Shown: positions 14,097 through 28,234, numbered from the stretch's first letter. The stretch: DNA of 64,000 nt from Schmidtea polychroa (GCA_044892525.1 CM097885.1:28212001-28276000); one strand, 5' to 3'. A program made the numbers and translations. Notes: generated by a model not told the origin, from the letters alone.

Positions 14097-14561
14097 ATGC
14101 TTTCAAATATAAATTACAGGGCAAAAGCTGATGTATCAAAAATGGTATTTCCAATGGGGAAACCACAACAACTTATCAATAGAAGTAAAAAATATCCAAT
14201 AATATATTTCAAAACTGGTAAATGTAGAATTATGGGGTGTAAGGAAATAATCAAAGCTAGTGAATATAATGTTTATGATTTAGAAATACAATCGATAACC
14301 GTAACTTCCGATATAGGTTTTTCTTGTAATTTAAATAATTTGGCTAAATTAATACCATGCTCTTACGAACCAGAATTATTTCCAGCTTTGAGATATATAA
14401 AATATAACCCTATGTGTGTAAATATATTCGCTAGCGGTAAGATAGTAATTCTTGGAATAAAAAATATTGATTACAAATGTATAGTTGATAATATCATATC
14501 TGAAATTAAATCAATAATGGAAGGAAAAGAATTTTTAGATTTTTTATTATCACTTAATTAA
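14097..14561 (+). CDS. TATA-binding protein (TBP)-like protein
   Basis: YEPELFPAL...IFASGKIVILG matches TBP repeat 2; YFKTGKCRIMGCK matches a degenerate repeat 1. Confidence 0.88.
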   Translation: MLSNINYRAKADVSKMVFPMGKPQQLINRSKKYPIIYFKTGKCRIMGCKEIIKASEYNVYDLEIQSITVTSDIGFSCNLNNLAKLIPCSYEPELFPALRYIKYNPMCVNIFASGKIVILGIKNIDYKCIVDNIISEIKSIMEGKEFLDFLLSLN

Positions 14562-14682
14562 TTATTTATCATTGCAAATTCAATGCAATTAAAATGCATG
14601 ATTCTGATTGGTCAAAATCTAATTGGCTGATGATTATTTATAACAAAATGTTTTCGGTTTAGTTGTCATTTATTCAACAAAA

Positions 14683-15092
14683 ATGTACAACATACAAAGT
14701 TCCGCAATCACCTCAATGAAAGAGCATGCAAATTATGGTAATTTCAAATTTTTATTATTACATTAATATATATATTTTTTACAGATGAATATCAATCAAT
14801 TATCCTGCAAAGATTATGCTTCTATTATCCAGAATTAAATGAAATTCTACAAGATAGAGATCCAGCTATCATTCCGGATTTGGTATACAACCAAACTCGA
14901 ATCTGGATATTCGATATAATAAACACCTTTCTATGGGATATCAAGATAGGAAGGGGGATGAAAGAAATGAAAGCAGAGGCTCCTTGCATTTTCGGATGTA
15001 GCTGTTGCAATTTCCGTTATCAACAATATGTTGAATGGTGTTTGGTGAAGACTCTGAGAAATCATCACTCGAGTCAGATTGTATCAAAATAA
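14683..15092 (+). CDS. Unknown conserved protein with CxxGCSCC motif; intron 14738-14784
   Basis: In-frame splicing; homolog with the same intron in Mav2 (44232-44649). Confidence 0.75.
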
Positions 15093-15365
15093 TTTTTTTT
15101 TTTTTTTTTTTTTTTATGTTGAATTGTTTTGTTTTTGTAAATCGAAATAATAGAAATAATATAAGTAATAATAGTAATATTAGAAATAATAATAATAAAA
15201 AACAATATTTATAATAAAAACATTAATGCAACATTAATGCAAATGACATGCAATTTAAACAAAGACATGCAATTTAAACAAAGACATACAGCAATCTGAT
15301 TGGTTGATAAACAATAGTCATAGGTATAAAAACCCTGTACCATTTCATTTTAATCATTATTTACG

Positions 15366-15785
15366 ATGACAAAGAAAATTTCAAGCACTGAAAAGCCAAA
15401 AGTTGTTCCAGAACTTGTACAACCTGTTCAAATGTTCCACAACTATAAAATGTATTTTTTAAAAGAAGAAATCAATATAAAATTGGTGTCACCGATCAAG
15501 CTAATTCCAACTAAATTTCAATTCTTATCCGGCACGCTTTCAATGTTAGATGTTAAATCTATTGATGAGGTTTTCAAACGGTTGAATACGAATCTATCTT
15601 GTAATCAACATGCCTGGTTCAACAACAGATATGCAAGATTTTATGATTCATTTGATGAAATCGGTTTCAAAGAAAACGAAAATTGGTATATTGCAATTGC
15701 AATCCAAGGATATAAAGTTGATAATAATGATGTGTATTCTCCAATTTGGAAAATTATGTCTGCTAGACTTTCACAACTATTTTAA
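15366..15785 (+). CDS. Unknown conserved protein (possible OB-fold ssDNA-binding protein)
   Basis: Highly conserved with 45072-45482; upstream ATTGG and TATAAAAA; function is a guess. Confidence 0.75.
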   Translation: MTKKISSTEKPKVVPELVQPVQMFHNYKMYFLKEEINIKLVSPIKLIPTKFQFLSGTLSMLDVKSIDEVFKRLNTNLSCNQHAWFNNRYARFYDSFDEIGFKENENWYIAIAIQGYKVDNNDVYSPIWKIMSARLSQLF

Positions 15786-15918
15786 TGTTATATTTAATAA
15801 ATGTATTAGTCATATTTGTTTTTTCTCTTTATTAATTGCAACATTAATGCAAATGACATGCAAATTTAACAAAGAAAATCTATAAACAAACTTATAATAT
15901 AGTTTTAAAGTGTTATTA

Positions 15919-16253
15919 ATGACTACAGAAAAAGGTTAACATGATTAATTAAATACCGAATTATTTATTATTTAGAATTATTAATCAACTTTTTGTTGGA
16001 AAAGTTAGCAGAAATAGCTGGTGTAAAAATTGAGGATATATTATCTATTACAAATGCCTTAAATATCGGCTGGGTAGCTGAGAGTCAAGATTCAGGATTT
16101 GACAATCATGAAGAAACTCAAGAAATTGATGACGAAATCTATGAACCTATAGAGGAACCTAAAGATAATATTACGAATGATTGTATTGATCATGTCGTTG
16201 AAAATATAATGAAATGTGGAGATGACGATTGCGAATGTGTTAATAAATTTTAA
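15919..16253 (+). CDS. Unknown acidic protein with Cys-rich C-terminus; intron 15935-15975
   Basis: MTTEK|ELLINFLLEK after splicing; conserved in Mav2. Confidence 0.7.
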
Positions 16254-16297
16254 AATTGAATTATTTTCATTTAAATATACTATTAAAAACAATAACA

Positions 16298-16826
16298 TTA
16301 ATTTTTATTCATATATCTACAGAAAATATACATTATAACAACTCCAGTTGTAAGTTTTATATAGTTTTTCATTTTTCTTTTGATTTCATCAGTTTCTTTA
16401 AAATTGCAGGCCAGTTTATTTAATACACCCCATCCGCCATTGGCTTCTATCCATGGGGTAAACTTGGACTTGATTATCTAGAAATGAATATTATTAAAAT
16501 ATAGATTATAAAAGAAATCTTACTTCTAAAGACCAATGATAATAATGTTCTGAATCATGTTGACCTTTTGCAATGATTATCTTCATGTAGGTGAATCCTA
16601 CAATTATCCTTGTCCATTTCATGTCTTCATCGAAAAGACACTGAAATATTCTATTGAAGTAATACTTCTTGGTTTCCAGGGATTCCATCTCCATCATCTG
16701 CTGATAATCGATATGTTCACCTTCAATGATTTGTTCGGTTCGATTGATCAGGAAATTGAGGCTGTCGACTATATTCGCGGTGACAATTCCGTTTAGAACA
16801 TTTTCCATAAAATTTGGTTGCGACAT
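16298..16826 (-). CDS. Bcl-2 family protein (160 aa); intron 16478-16523
   Basis: BH1-like LFDEDMKWTRIIVGF, BH2 WIEANGGW in exon 2, C-terminal hydrophobic anchor. Confidence 0.85.
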
Positions 16827-16943
16827 TTCTAAAATAATTTAAAATATAATGTTTTTATTTATACTAATACCATATGATTTTGATTGGTTGATAGACTATA
16901 AATGTAAAAGAAAGGTTTTGATTTGATACACCATAAAAACTAT

Positions 16944-17910
<967 letters not shown>

Positions 17911-18453
17911 TTTATTTGCTGTCATTTCTTTCTGAAATTTGATCTCCTAGTAAATTTCATATGCAAAAATATAGATATTATAATTCTTCAATATGTTACG
18001 TTTCTTTGGTATTTCTAAATTGTCTCCTTCCCTAATTACCCTTCGTGTTTGCTATTTATCTCCCGTGCTGTTTGGTGAGCCTCTATGTTAATACTACTCT
18101 CCGATGGAAGGTCTTACCCCTTTTTACTTTGCCTCGTCCCTGGCCCAAGGAGACGGCATTCATACTTGTACAACTTGTAACCTTGATTCAAACACACTTA
18201 TTTTCTTCAATGATACCCTTGAATAACTCAGTAAGCTCTCCAAAAATAAATCAGAGCCGGAACTCTCACTAGCTACTAGTCACAATCGCCCTACATTTGC
18301 AATGATTCGGAAACTCAAACTCACCGTCTCATAATACTAGCTAGCGTAGATTTCTCACATAGTTGTAGACAAATGTCTCTTCATGTCATAATCAACCATG
18401 CCATTGAAGCTCATATCATTTACCTCATCACTCTATCTTTACCTTACATTCAG

Positions 18454-18459
<6 letters not shown>

Positions 18460-18547
<88 letters not shown>
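18460..18547. repeat. (TA)n microsatellite
   Basis: Pure TA run. Confidence 0.95.
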
Positions 18548-18549
<2 letters not shown>

Positions 18550-19849
18550 CCGTCGAAATCAAACGCTCGAGTACACTATAAGACAGTAAGAAATCAAACA
18601 TTATTTAAGATTTTATTATGGTATACAAAATATGAACTACACCAAAAGGATCAACAAAATAAAATGATAGTTCAAATGTTATTATTTACAGGATTCCGCC
18701 CAATTTCAAAATAGTGAGATTTTCGAGAAGTCCTATCGGGATTTCATCCAATCGCCCTCTTACGTCATCTCTCCTTCGTTCAGCAGGGCATCAATGTCAA
18801 CCTGCAGTCAAGGGTCTTTCGGTGGAGTCGTTACCGCTGACAAAATCACCTGGAAAGTATCATGTGATGTCTCTGGTTGGCAGGTAGTATTGTTTTGAGC
18901 AATCGCGGATTTAGCAGCGAATAAGGATGCCTCGAGCTCTTCCATTTTCTCTTTTCTTTTCACAGTTCGCTTTGCTCTGGATGGACGCTTTTGTTTTTAC
19001 GGAGCTATACTAGACAGTTGATTGTTATTGACTATGGGAGCTCTAGGAAGCGGCACGAAGGGGATTTGTGTAGAAGAACTAGTTGTAGCTGCCCACTCAG
19101 AATGGAGTCTACGATCTTTGGCAGATCCGGCCCATGTCCCGCACAATTTGACGTTACTGGGACATCTATCTCGTCTGTCCGGTGATGGAGTGGAAACACA
19201 TTCACTCCGTCTTGATTGGATATTCACGGACTCTCCTTTGCAATTCAGAATCTGTATAAACCTGATGCAAGGCCTCGGATTGGGTCATGATGGTTAGTCA
19301 TTGGCAGCGACTTTCTTCTAAGATACTGTCGCGACAGTGCTCAAGCATGAGGATATTCATTTTCTCCTCTTTCATTTTTGGCGGGGAGAACCACGTATGT
19401 TCTAGCGTTTCGATACGCTTTTTGAGGACCCCTATATGTTCGTGTAATTTCTTTATATCCATAATTTTGTCAGAGCACGAGAAACACGGTCTCGGCCCGT
19501 GTGGAGGTATGTTGGATTCTGACATATCTAAAATAGAAGAACTCGTTTACAACTCGTCGATCTATCTGTTTTGGCTCTACTTAGACACTCTAGTTGATTT
19601 GCCAGGCATTCTTACCCTCAAATTCAGACAAAAAATCCGCATTGCTTTCCCTTTCATACACATGACGCAAAAGTTTATATTTCCACACGAGTTTAATGGC
19701 GGGAAGTGTTTGATCAACTAACAAGCGAGACCTTTACTTGAATAAACGGAAAATTCTATACTGAGCTATGATTTAACGGTCAATTCTCATTATGCTCTTA
19801 TTATTAGTATAAAGTGATAATTTCTTGGTAGCAGCATTTATTATTTAAA

Positions 19850-20034
19850 AATAAAATGATAATTTAAGCCCTTTGCTGCAAATAATGTATTTAATGAAAA
19901 TATTTTCGACTATAAGATAGTTCTTGTCAATAATATCTTATAATAAGACTATCTTGACAAAGACTATCTTATAGTCGAAATTTTTTTCATTAAATACATT
20001 ATTTGCAGCAAAGGGCTTAAATTATCATTTTATT
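19850..20034. repeat. Long inverted repeat/hairpin (~80-bp arms), MITE-like
   Basis: AATAAAATGATAATTTAAGCCCTTTGCTGCAAAT... pairs with ...ATTTGCAGCAAAGGGCTTAAATTATCATTTTATT. Confidence 0.85.
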
Positions 20035-22429
20035 GCTCTTATTATTGTTAACACCTATCTGATAATTGGTTTGTAATAAATTAATGTTTCATGCAAATAT
20101 TCGTTGTGTCGTCTGATGATTATCTCGTCGAGAAATTATTATATTTTAGAACAGATGTTGCCTATTTGATTTTTGATCTCCTTTTGACGGACAAACACTT
20201 GTTATACGACCCCGCTAGTTTGATATTTACTCCCATAGATATAACTTTCTCATATTATTTATCTAAATTCTCTGATTTTAATTCAATGTCTCTCGCATAA
20301 CGGCGTTAGCCTTACCATTTAGTTTAACCAAATTTTCAATTTCATATTCGTTTATTTACTTTACCATCTATAACGTAAATTTCTACACGAGTTTTTGAAG
20401 TTTGTTTATCGTCCGGTTTTATTTATTTATATAACCGTTATTTGGTCGTCGATCGCGAATGACGATTCCTTATGTGAAAAAATTATCAAAGAGATTACCC
20501 TATCGGTTGACAGATTTTTTTAAGAAATATGTCGTAAACAACATATCAAAGTTTATAGTTAATTCTTGTACGATTATTAACGAGGTCGACGAATTTGATT
20601 TAATCGAAGTGAACGGAAAACGAAAATATGATTGTCGACGGGTTTGTTTATCCTAATTGAATCGCAATATCCTGTTCATTGGAGTGTTTACGACATCAAG
20701 ATGTTCATCGCGTTTTGACAACTTATCAAGATCGATGTGCAATCTGGAATCTATACGAAATTTACTGCGAATTTCCGTTTATCTGTGATCATCAATTATA
20801 TCTAAGGAAAATGAATTTTCTACCGGCCGAGAGATCTGGTTATGCAAACGTTGAAAAGAATCTTTAGAAAATGAAGAAAATTACTCTAGCTATATGTAAA
20901 GATGGATTTTGAATAATTTATCGACATTGGATGTGAAAATTGACACCAAATGCCCGACGCGACTGGTTTATGCTCTGTGATTCAATGTACGTGGAATATT
21001 GTATGCTCTTGAAGATGTCGTCTACTCATGATGGTTACTCGCCTTACTATCCTGCTCACACTTCTAAGATGATACAGAGAAATCTCCTAGTAAATTTGAA
21101 AATCGTCTATCTACTACTGGTCTCTCCACCTTTCACGGTTCACTCGAAAACCACCGATACAAGTACCGACTATTATCGAATGACCATGCCAGACGGATTG
21201 ACCCTATTGCCATTTATATTTATAAAATTATCGAAATAAAAACTATTTCGAAAAATTAAATATTATAAATAAATTCTTACTGGCGATAAATTCTTACTCC
21301 TTGCTTCTGTGCATGATAATTCCGGATCTATTCTTCAACACAATCAGAGTATTCAATTCTAATCCCCATCAAAACGACAAATGTTTTCCTTTCCGAACGT
21401 CATTCGAATCTCATTGAAAATTTCATAATACTCGGAATTCAAAATGTTCTTCTTCACAAATTTACTGAATAGTCGGAGATCATGCACAGCTGTCCAAGCA
21501 GTATCGTCGTCAGGCATCGTGAAGAGAAAATCGAAATGTAGCCATTAATAATATTTTGTCTAATACATTTACAATTGTTTATTCCTTTGTAATGATACAA
21601 TATAACAATAAAAATTAGTTTACTTTTTCTGATTTAGTGGTATCAAAATTCACTGAATGAGTTTATAGGAATCTTCTCCGGTATCTCGAAAGGATGTTTT
21701 AAAAGTTCTGCTGAAAAATTTCTAAGTCCTAGTTTTAGTGATTGAAATCGTCGAATTAGAAGTAGTCCTGTAGTATGAGTTTTCTTGTCGCAAGTTCTTA
21801 GAAGTTAGTAGGTTCCTTGGTTCGTACCTGTCGTAAGTTTTTAGAAGTTATGATTGCTTTCCAAATAGTTTGAGTCGACCTGTCGCAAATTTTTAGAAGT
21901 TAAACTAATTACTAAACGACCGCTTTATATAGTGTTTTCGTCCAATCAGGACTTTGTTGGGGTCTTTTTTTCATTAGTTCCTTGTTTTTTGGATTTTTAT
22001 TTGTTTCTTTTAATTAAATTATTTATTTTATTTAATTATGTTATTTGTTTTTTTCCTTTTTATTTTTTCCTATTTTTTGGTGGGTTTCTATTGCTAATTC
22101 TACCTATTGCTTATTATTTTAATTTCTTTTGTTTTTATTTTATGTTTTTAGGTTAACTTTTCCTATTTTCTTATTCATTCTGATTCCCCGCTATTTTGTT
22201 GTGATTTCATTTAATTATTTTTCCTATATTTGTTTGCTAGGGTTGCCTAATTTGGGTTTGTTGGTCGTTATTTGTGGTAACTTTATGTTGATTTTTTAGG
22301 TAAGTGTTTTTCTCTTTTTATTATTTAATTTCTTTTACACTTAGCTATTTTGTTTAATTTTATTTAATACGGTGTCTCAAATTTTTAATTTATTTGTCGG
22401 AAACATCATTTTTCTAACGAATCGTTACC

Positions 22430-24142
22430 GTTTTTTCAATTCCTACAACCTCACTTCAGCTTTTATGGCTCCGAGCCCAACAATGGTGAACTCTTATATT
22501 TATTACTTTTAGAAGACTTGCCATTACACCGCAGTTTTAAACCTGCAAAAATTAATAAATTAGCACTCTAGCAATGAATGCAGTGTTAGAATTAAAGTGA
22601 ACTGGTGTCCCCATTATCTCAATGGCTTTCAACATGAAAATGCATTTAACGTGAATGTTGTACTTTTTAAAAATTCCAAGTAGGCACCACACTGTACACA
22701 CTCCCTGAAAATAAATTATTCAATTTTAAAAATTATGCCAAAACAATATACTATCTTTTGTAATTTATGCGGATTTTGAGACAGTTGGTATGACTGTGTG
22801 TTGGAATTTTGACGTAAAATAGAGAAAATTGATGTCACAATTGTCCTACCTTATTATGAACTAGTTTTATAACTTTTTCAAAGGGGGATCCGTGATGGAT
22901 TAACATTTGTTAACAAACACCATGTAGTATCCTCCGACAATACAGAACTTCTTTACATTGATATAAATAATTTGTATGGGTGGGCCTTAAGCCAAAAACT
23001 TCTATATAAGGATTTTAAATGGGTAACCAATAGAGAAGAGATAAATAAAATAATTTATTTTTGTGAATCTGCAGATTTGGAAGTACTTCCATTTGGATTT
23101 ACCTTGGAGGTTGATTTTGAAATTCATGATTCGATTCGCGACAAATTGGATGATTTTCCAGTTGCCGATGAAAAGATGTGTCCATCTGGCTCTAAAGTTG
23201 AGAAGTTGATGCTTACACATCATCCCAAGAAGAACTATGTTCTTCATTGAAGACTCATCAAGCTTTTTCTTTCTCTTGGTGTAAAATTAATTCATGTACA
23301 TTGGGCAATTCAATTCACAAACGATAATATTTTTAAAGATTACATCGATACCAATACCCGACTTATGGCGGAATCGAGTAATGCCTTGGATAAAAATTAT
23401 TATAAGTTATAAAATAATAGTCTTTACGGCAAGATCGTAGAGAATCTGAAAAAAACATCTGAATTTGCGGCTTTGTAATTCGGCTTCTAGGCTAATTACA
23501 TACACATCTAAACCAACGTTTAAAAGGACTTATGAAATTGACAATGACTTAGTATCAGTCTTGCTAAATAAGGAAGCTATTTGTTTAGATAGACCCAGCT
23601 ACATTTGCCAAACTGTACTGGACTTATCGAAACTTAGAATGTATCAGTTGTAGTATGAAAAGTTACAAAAATATCGTAACGAATTCAATTGTAAAATTTA
23701 TATCGTTGCAGCTGATACGGATTATTTTTTCCTTGAAGTTATTAACTGTAAGCTTGATGTTTTTTTACCTGCAATGATCCGTGATAGTTTACTAGACACA
23801 TCTAATTATGATATTTGTCATCCCTTATACAGTAAGAACCTTGATTTTGTCATTGGAAAGTTCAAAGACGAGAATAAAGGTCTTAAATATAAGGAGTGGG
23901 TTTTTCTTAGGCCAAAGTGTTATAGTTTGCTACGCGAAGATGAAACTAAAAAAGCAAAAGGAGTAACATTGAAAGGTAGTGACATAAAACATCAGTCGTA
24001 CCTGGAATGTTATAACACTAATCAAATTTTTTCTATACCACAAACTAAAATAACTAGCAAAAATCACCAGCTATTCATCATAAAAAATCCATCATACTCG
24101 CAACTCAAAGAATCAGCTGAAGATATACCGGATGTTATTTAA
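22430..24142 (+). pseudogene. Fossil Maverick pPolB with internal deletions, stops and frameshifts
   Basis: Fragments encode HYTAV, WCPH.LNGF, GTTLYTLP, VIYADFE, DINNLYGWALSQ, DLSKLRMYQL, FLRPKCYSL. Confidence 0.9.
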
Positions 24143-24364
24143 ATAAATCTTTGTTAAAAAATTTTTTTTTATTGATTTTATTTTTAGAATTAATATATTT
24201 TGTACATTTTGTCTCAGTTTTCGTAAATTAGTAAAAACGAGTATTAAGAATAACAGATAAGAATTAATAATTTAAATTTAAACTAAAATAAATTAAATTA
24301 AATAATGAAATAAAGAAATAAAATTATAATAATTAATTAATTAAATAAAAATAATGAAATAAAA

Positions 24365-24441
24365 GGAAATCATTAATGAAATCATTAATGAAATCATTAA
24401 TGAAATCATTAATGAAATCTTTAATGAAATCATTAATGAAA
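24365..24441. repeat. 12-bp tandem repeat (GAAATCATTAAT)n
   Basis: About six copies. Confidence 0.85.
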
Positions 24442-25381
24442 ATATTTGTTAACTTCTGATTAATTATTGAATAATAATGGGATGGGTACCAAATTGCTGC
24501 CGTAAGCTCATATATACCTACTAAAATAAATTGTTTTATCTTTGGGACAATATATGCTAATGTATAAATCTTTTTTTGATTTATATGATTATAATTAAAA
24601 CATTTTATTCATTGATAAATTAATGTGTAAAATTTCATGTCAATGTCTTGTAAGTTTTATTTTTATCAGTTTTCTGACGATTTAATTTTGAATTTGACAT
24701 TTTAAAAAAATAAAAGGAATTTAAATATAAAATATTTAAAGAATTAATTCATTTTAACAAAAAGTTCAAGAGCTTAAAAGTAAATAATAGTAATCGACAA
24801 ATTTTAATTGTTGGCTTATCAATTACGATTTCGAAAATATTGAAAGTATTTTTTAGTTTTTAAATTTATTAAATATTATTGAATAAATATCGAAATTATC
24901 AAAACCCAATCGCCAATAATTTGCTATTTTAATTAAGATTTTGTAAAATATTTTTCTATATGGTGTAACTAATTTTTAAATAATAATTTTAACAAATATT
25001 TTCTTTAAAATATTTTCAGGTGTTGTATTTTATCGCTTGTTTTCATATTTGATTTATCATAGAAATTGAACTCATCGAGTGTGTATGTTTCATTCATTTT
25101 TTCTAACCTTTCTTAAATTATATAATAAATTGACATATGTAACTGTTAATGAATTTCTAGCACACATGTGAGTTTATAATATAATTTATTGATTAATTTT
25201 TTATATTTTAGACTTTTTTTATCAAATATAACGAGGTCTTTATGCTTTTCGTGTCTTTGAATTACTTTTTGTGTGTTTCAAATTAAATGAAAATTTGATT
25301 TTCTTTTAATTCAAATTGATGTTAAATCAACCTAAAGTAATATGTAAATAATATACAAAAAGTATTTTTCAACATATTTTA

Positions 25382-25555
25382 CAATAAAAATCTTTTTATA
25401 CGGTCTTTTTTATTTTCTTATTGCAGAAAATCATGTAAATAATTTTAAAAAAATTTTGGAATTCGTGTTATATCAAAAATAAGGTGTAAAAAAATTTTAA
25501 ATTTCTTCTTGACGAACCGTGTTATTTCAAAATCGTGTAAAAAAAGATTTTACTG
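25382..25555. mobile_element. Degenerate Tigger-like MITE
   Basis: TA-flanked imperfect TIRs (CAATAAAAATCTTTTT / AAAAAGATTTTACTG) and CGTGT subterminal motifs like those of 56972-58438. Confidence 0.45.
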
Positions 25556-26054
25556 TAATACATGATAATTAAATGAACAATAATGTCCAACAAATTTCTT
25601 GGTAATGACAAACTAAAATAAAATCAAAGCCCAAAAGTTTAATTTTTGTTATAATGAATTTAATTTATATAATTGAGAAGAGATTATTTTGGGATTATAT
25701 GTTTGGGGATCATTATGTTTTCATTTCGTTTCTTGAACTGATTGTGCATGAAATATAATTTGATTTGGTTTGATAACCCCCTTACAGGAGTGATAAATGA
25801 TCAACTGAAATTCTTGCTTGATTGATAGACTGACTGGTTAAATTTGGGAAATTATTATATAGATCATTATTCATGATTTGTTTAAAACAATAGCTTTACC
25901 AATTTGTGTAGCTCTTATTATGACGTGAATTTTGACATATCTTTGTTTTAATTTGTAGTTTTTTAATTGGAAATAGTTATTCAGTTTGAAAGCTTGAAAT
26001 ATAATTGAGAAATTTCTCTTCAAACCCAAAAATTTTCAACGTGAATATATGAAT

Positions 26055-26347
26055 TGGTATCCACGCTCGTGTGATTTAACTCCTTTAAGTATTTTCTGAA
26101 TTTATGTTAAATCTGAGGTGTACGCCAATAATCTAAAAATCCTCGATGACCTAAAATTCAACACCTTGTGTCATTGAAGACATGGCTATTTATTAAAATG
26201 TTGCTCCGAGTCATCATCTATGACAGGAACCGAGATGGCCATGTGGCCGATATCATTTCCCACAAGTGCATTTTTTTCTTTAATACCAATAAAAAGACTA
26301 ATTTTTTCATTGATTTAAAATTTAAGTTCTTGTTGCACCACCCTATA
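26055..26347 (+). mobile_element. Tc1/mariner-superfamily transposase remnant with right end
   Basis: Encodes WYPRSCDLTPL..F...YVKSEVY; ends in TTGCACCACCCTATA. Confidence 0.6.
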
Positions 26348-28234
26348 CGTTAAATCTATAAAATGGAAAACTTATAAAAATAAATAAATTAATAAAAAAT
26401 TTGGAAAAATTAAAACATTGACGTATTCCGAGAAACGAGTATGTATGGATGGAAAATGATGAGACGAATACAGATAAAATAATATAATGGGGGTGGAGGA
26501 GGTTTGAGAAAAAAAATTAATTAAAAATAAATAAATAATTTAGTAGCAATGTGAGAAACTCGAACATTATGGGAAACACAAGCCATGTAGAAATCCTAAA
26601 CAGTAATTGACAAAATAAACTAATTGGTTCCTCTCAAAATAAAATTACTTAAAGAGTCTGTTCGCATAATGGCGAAATGTCGCCTACCTAGTTATTTTGT
26701 CTTTAGAAAAATACCTTTTATGAAATTATTTTGATGTTGGTTGATTGATTAATTTGAACAATAGAAACGTATAAAAGGTAACGGAACTAATAACCAATTT
26801 TCAGTTGGTTGAAGATCGAAATGAACAACAAACAAGGAAAGCGAAGCATACTCTGATTAAGAATCACAACTAAATAAACAAAGAAAAAGTTGATAGATAA
26901 ATAAAGGCTGTTTTCCTTTGGGATTCTTACTTTGAGTTTATTGTCAAAATATGTAGATAAAGTGTGATTGACTATATTGAAAAAGTTTTGATTGAGTTTC
27001 AATAAATTATCTTGTGTTGGCCCAACCTGACCCGAACCCGACTCTTCATAATTTATTATAGTCCGAACTTGAAAAAAATTAATTCAAGCTAAAATATTGT
27101 AAATATCCTAAAACACAATTACTATTTTTATATTATTTTTATATATCAATATAACGCAAGGAGTATGTATGCTTATTGCTTATATTATTTAAAAACCGCA
27201 GAAAAGTATTAATATATCGTTTAAATCGGTTATAACAACAATTCTTTCTGTCAAAACTGAGAGTAATGGCGTTTAGTAATATAATATAGCCCAATCATAA
27301 AGACCGTATTAGACAAAATCATATTTATCAAGAATTTTGTACTAGATTTTCAAGTCCATGGTATCGAAATGCTGTCATTTTGGCTAATTAAAATTAAATT
27401 TATCTAAGCAAGGAAATTTACTCACGTAAATTTTATTTTAATTCATTCATCATCGGAGCAAATAAAATTATATTAAAAATTCATAATGAAAATATATTTG
27501 ATTACTTTTTAAAATTAAGCCCGGCCCGAACCCGTGTACGTTTCTGCTATGTACCGGTCATACAATTCAAATATAATTATGTTTATAATATAACAGAATT
27601 GAATCAATATCTATAATTATTAAAAACATATCAGTATATAAGCTTAAAATATGATATTCAATTATATACAAAAGAAAACAAAAATAAAGAAGAAAAAAAT
27701 TTGTTTTAATATTTAGAAAAAAACGTGGAGTTAAAAATTAGAAAATGTTAGTCAAGATAAACGTCAATAGTGTCAAATGAAGAATTCAAATTTCCAATTA
27801 CCAACAGTTCAAAAATACCATTCAGATATTTTATAGAAACAAGTTGAAAAAAGTATTTATTTGTATTATATATGAAACTTCACAAATAAAATTGTACAAA
27901 AGTGATCCAAAAATATTATAAAAAGCATTATAATTCATCTAACATTTTAAAGACATTTATAATTTTATATATAAACATAATTTTTATTATTCCTAACCAA
28001 ATTCATTCAACCTTTATAGTATAAAAAATACAATTAAAACTTCATTTTATCCTATTGGTAGTTGTTGGATATTAATTTTGCTAGCCAATCAAATAACTAG
28101 AAAAAAAGTATCCATTAGAAAATAAAACACAAATAAAATAATAATAAAAATTATATTAAAAATAGTTGTTACTGATAATTACAATTACATTCAAACCATT
28201 TATTTATAATTATCATTTTTGATAAAATGGCATG

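Noticed and set aside
18373..18714. ORFs with YI repeats
   Set aside because: Translation of the (TA)n microsatellite
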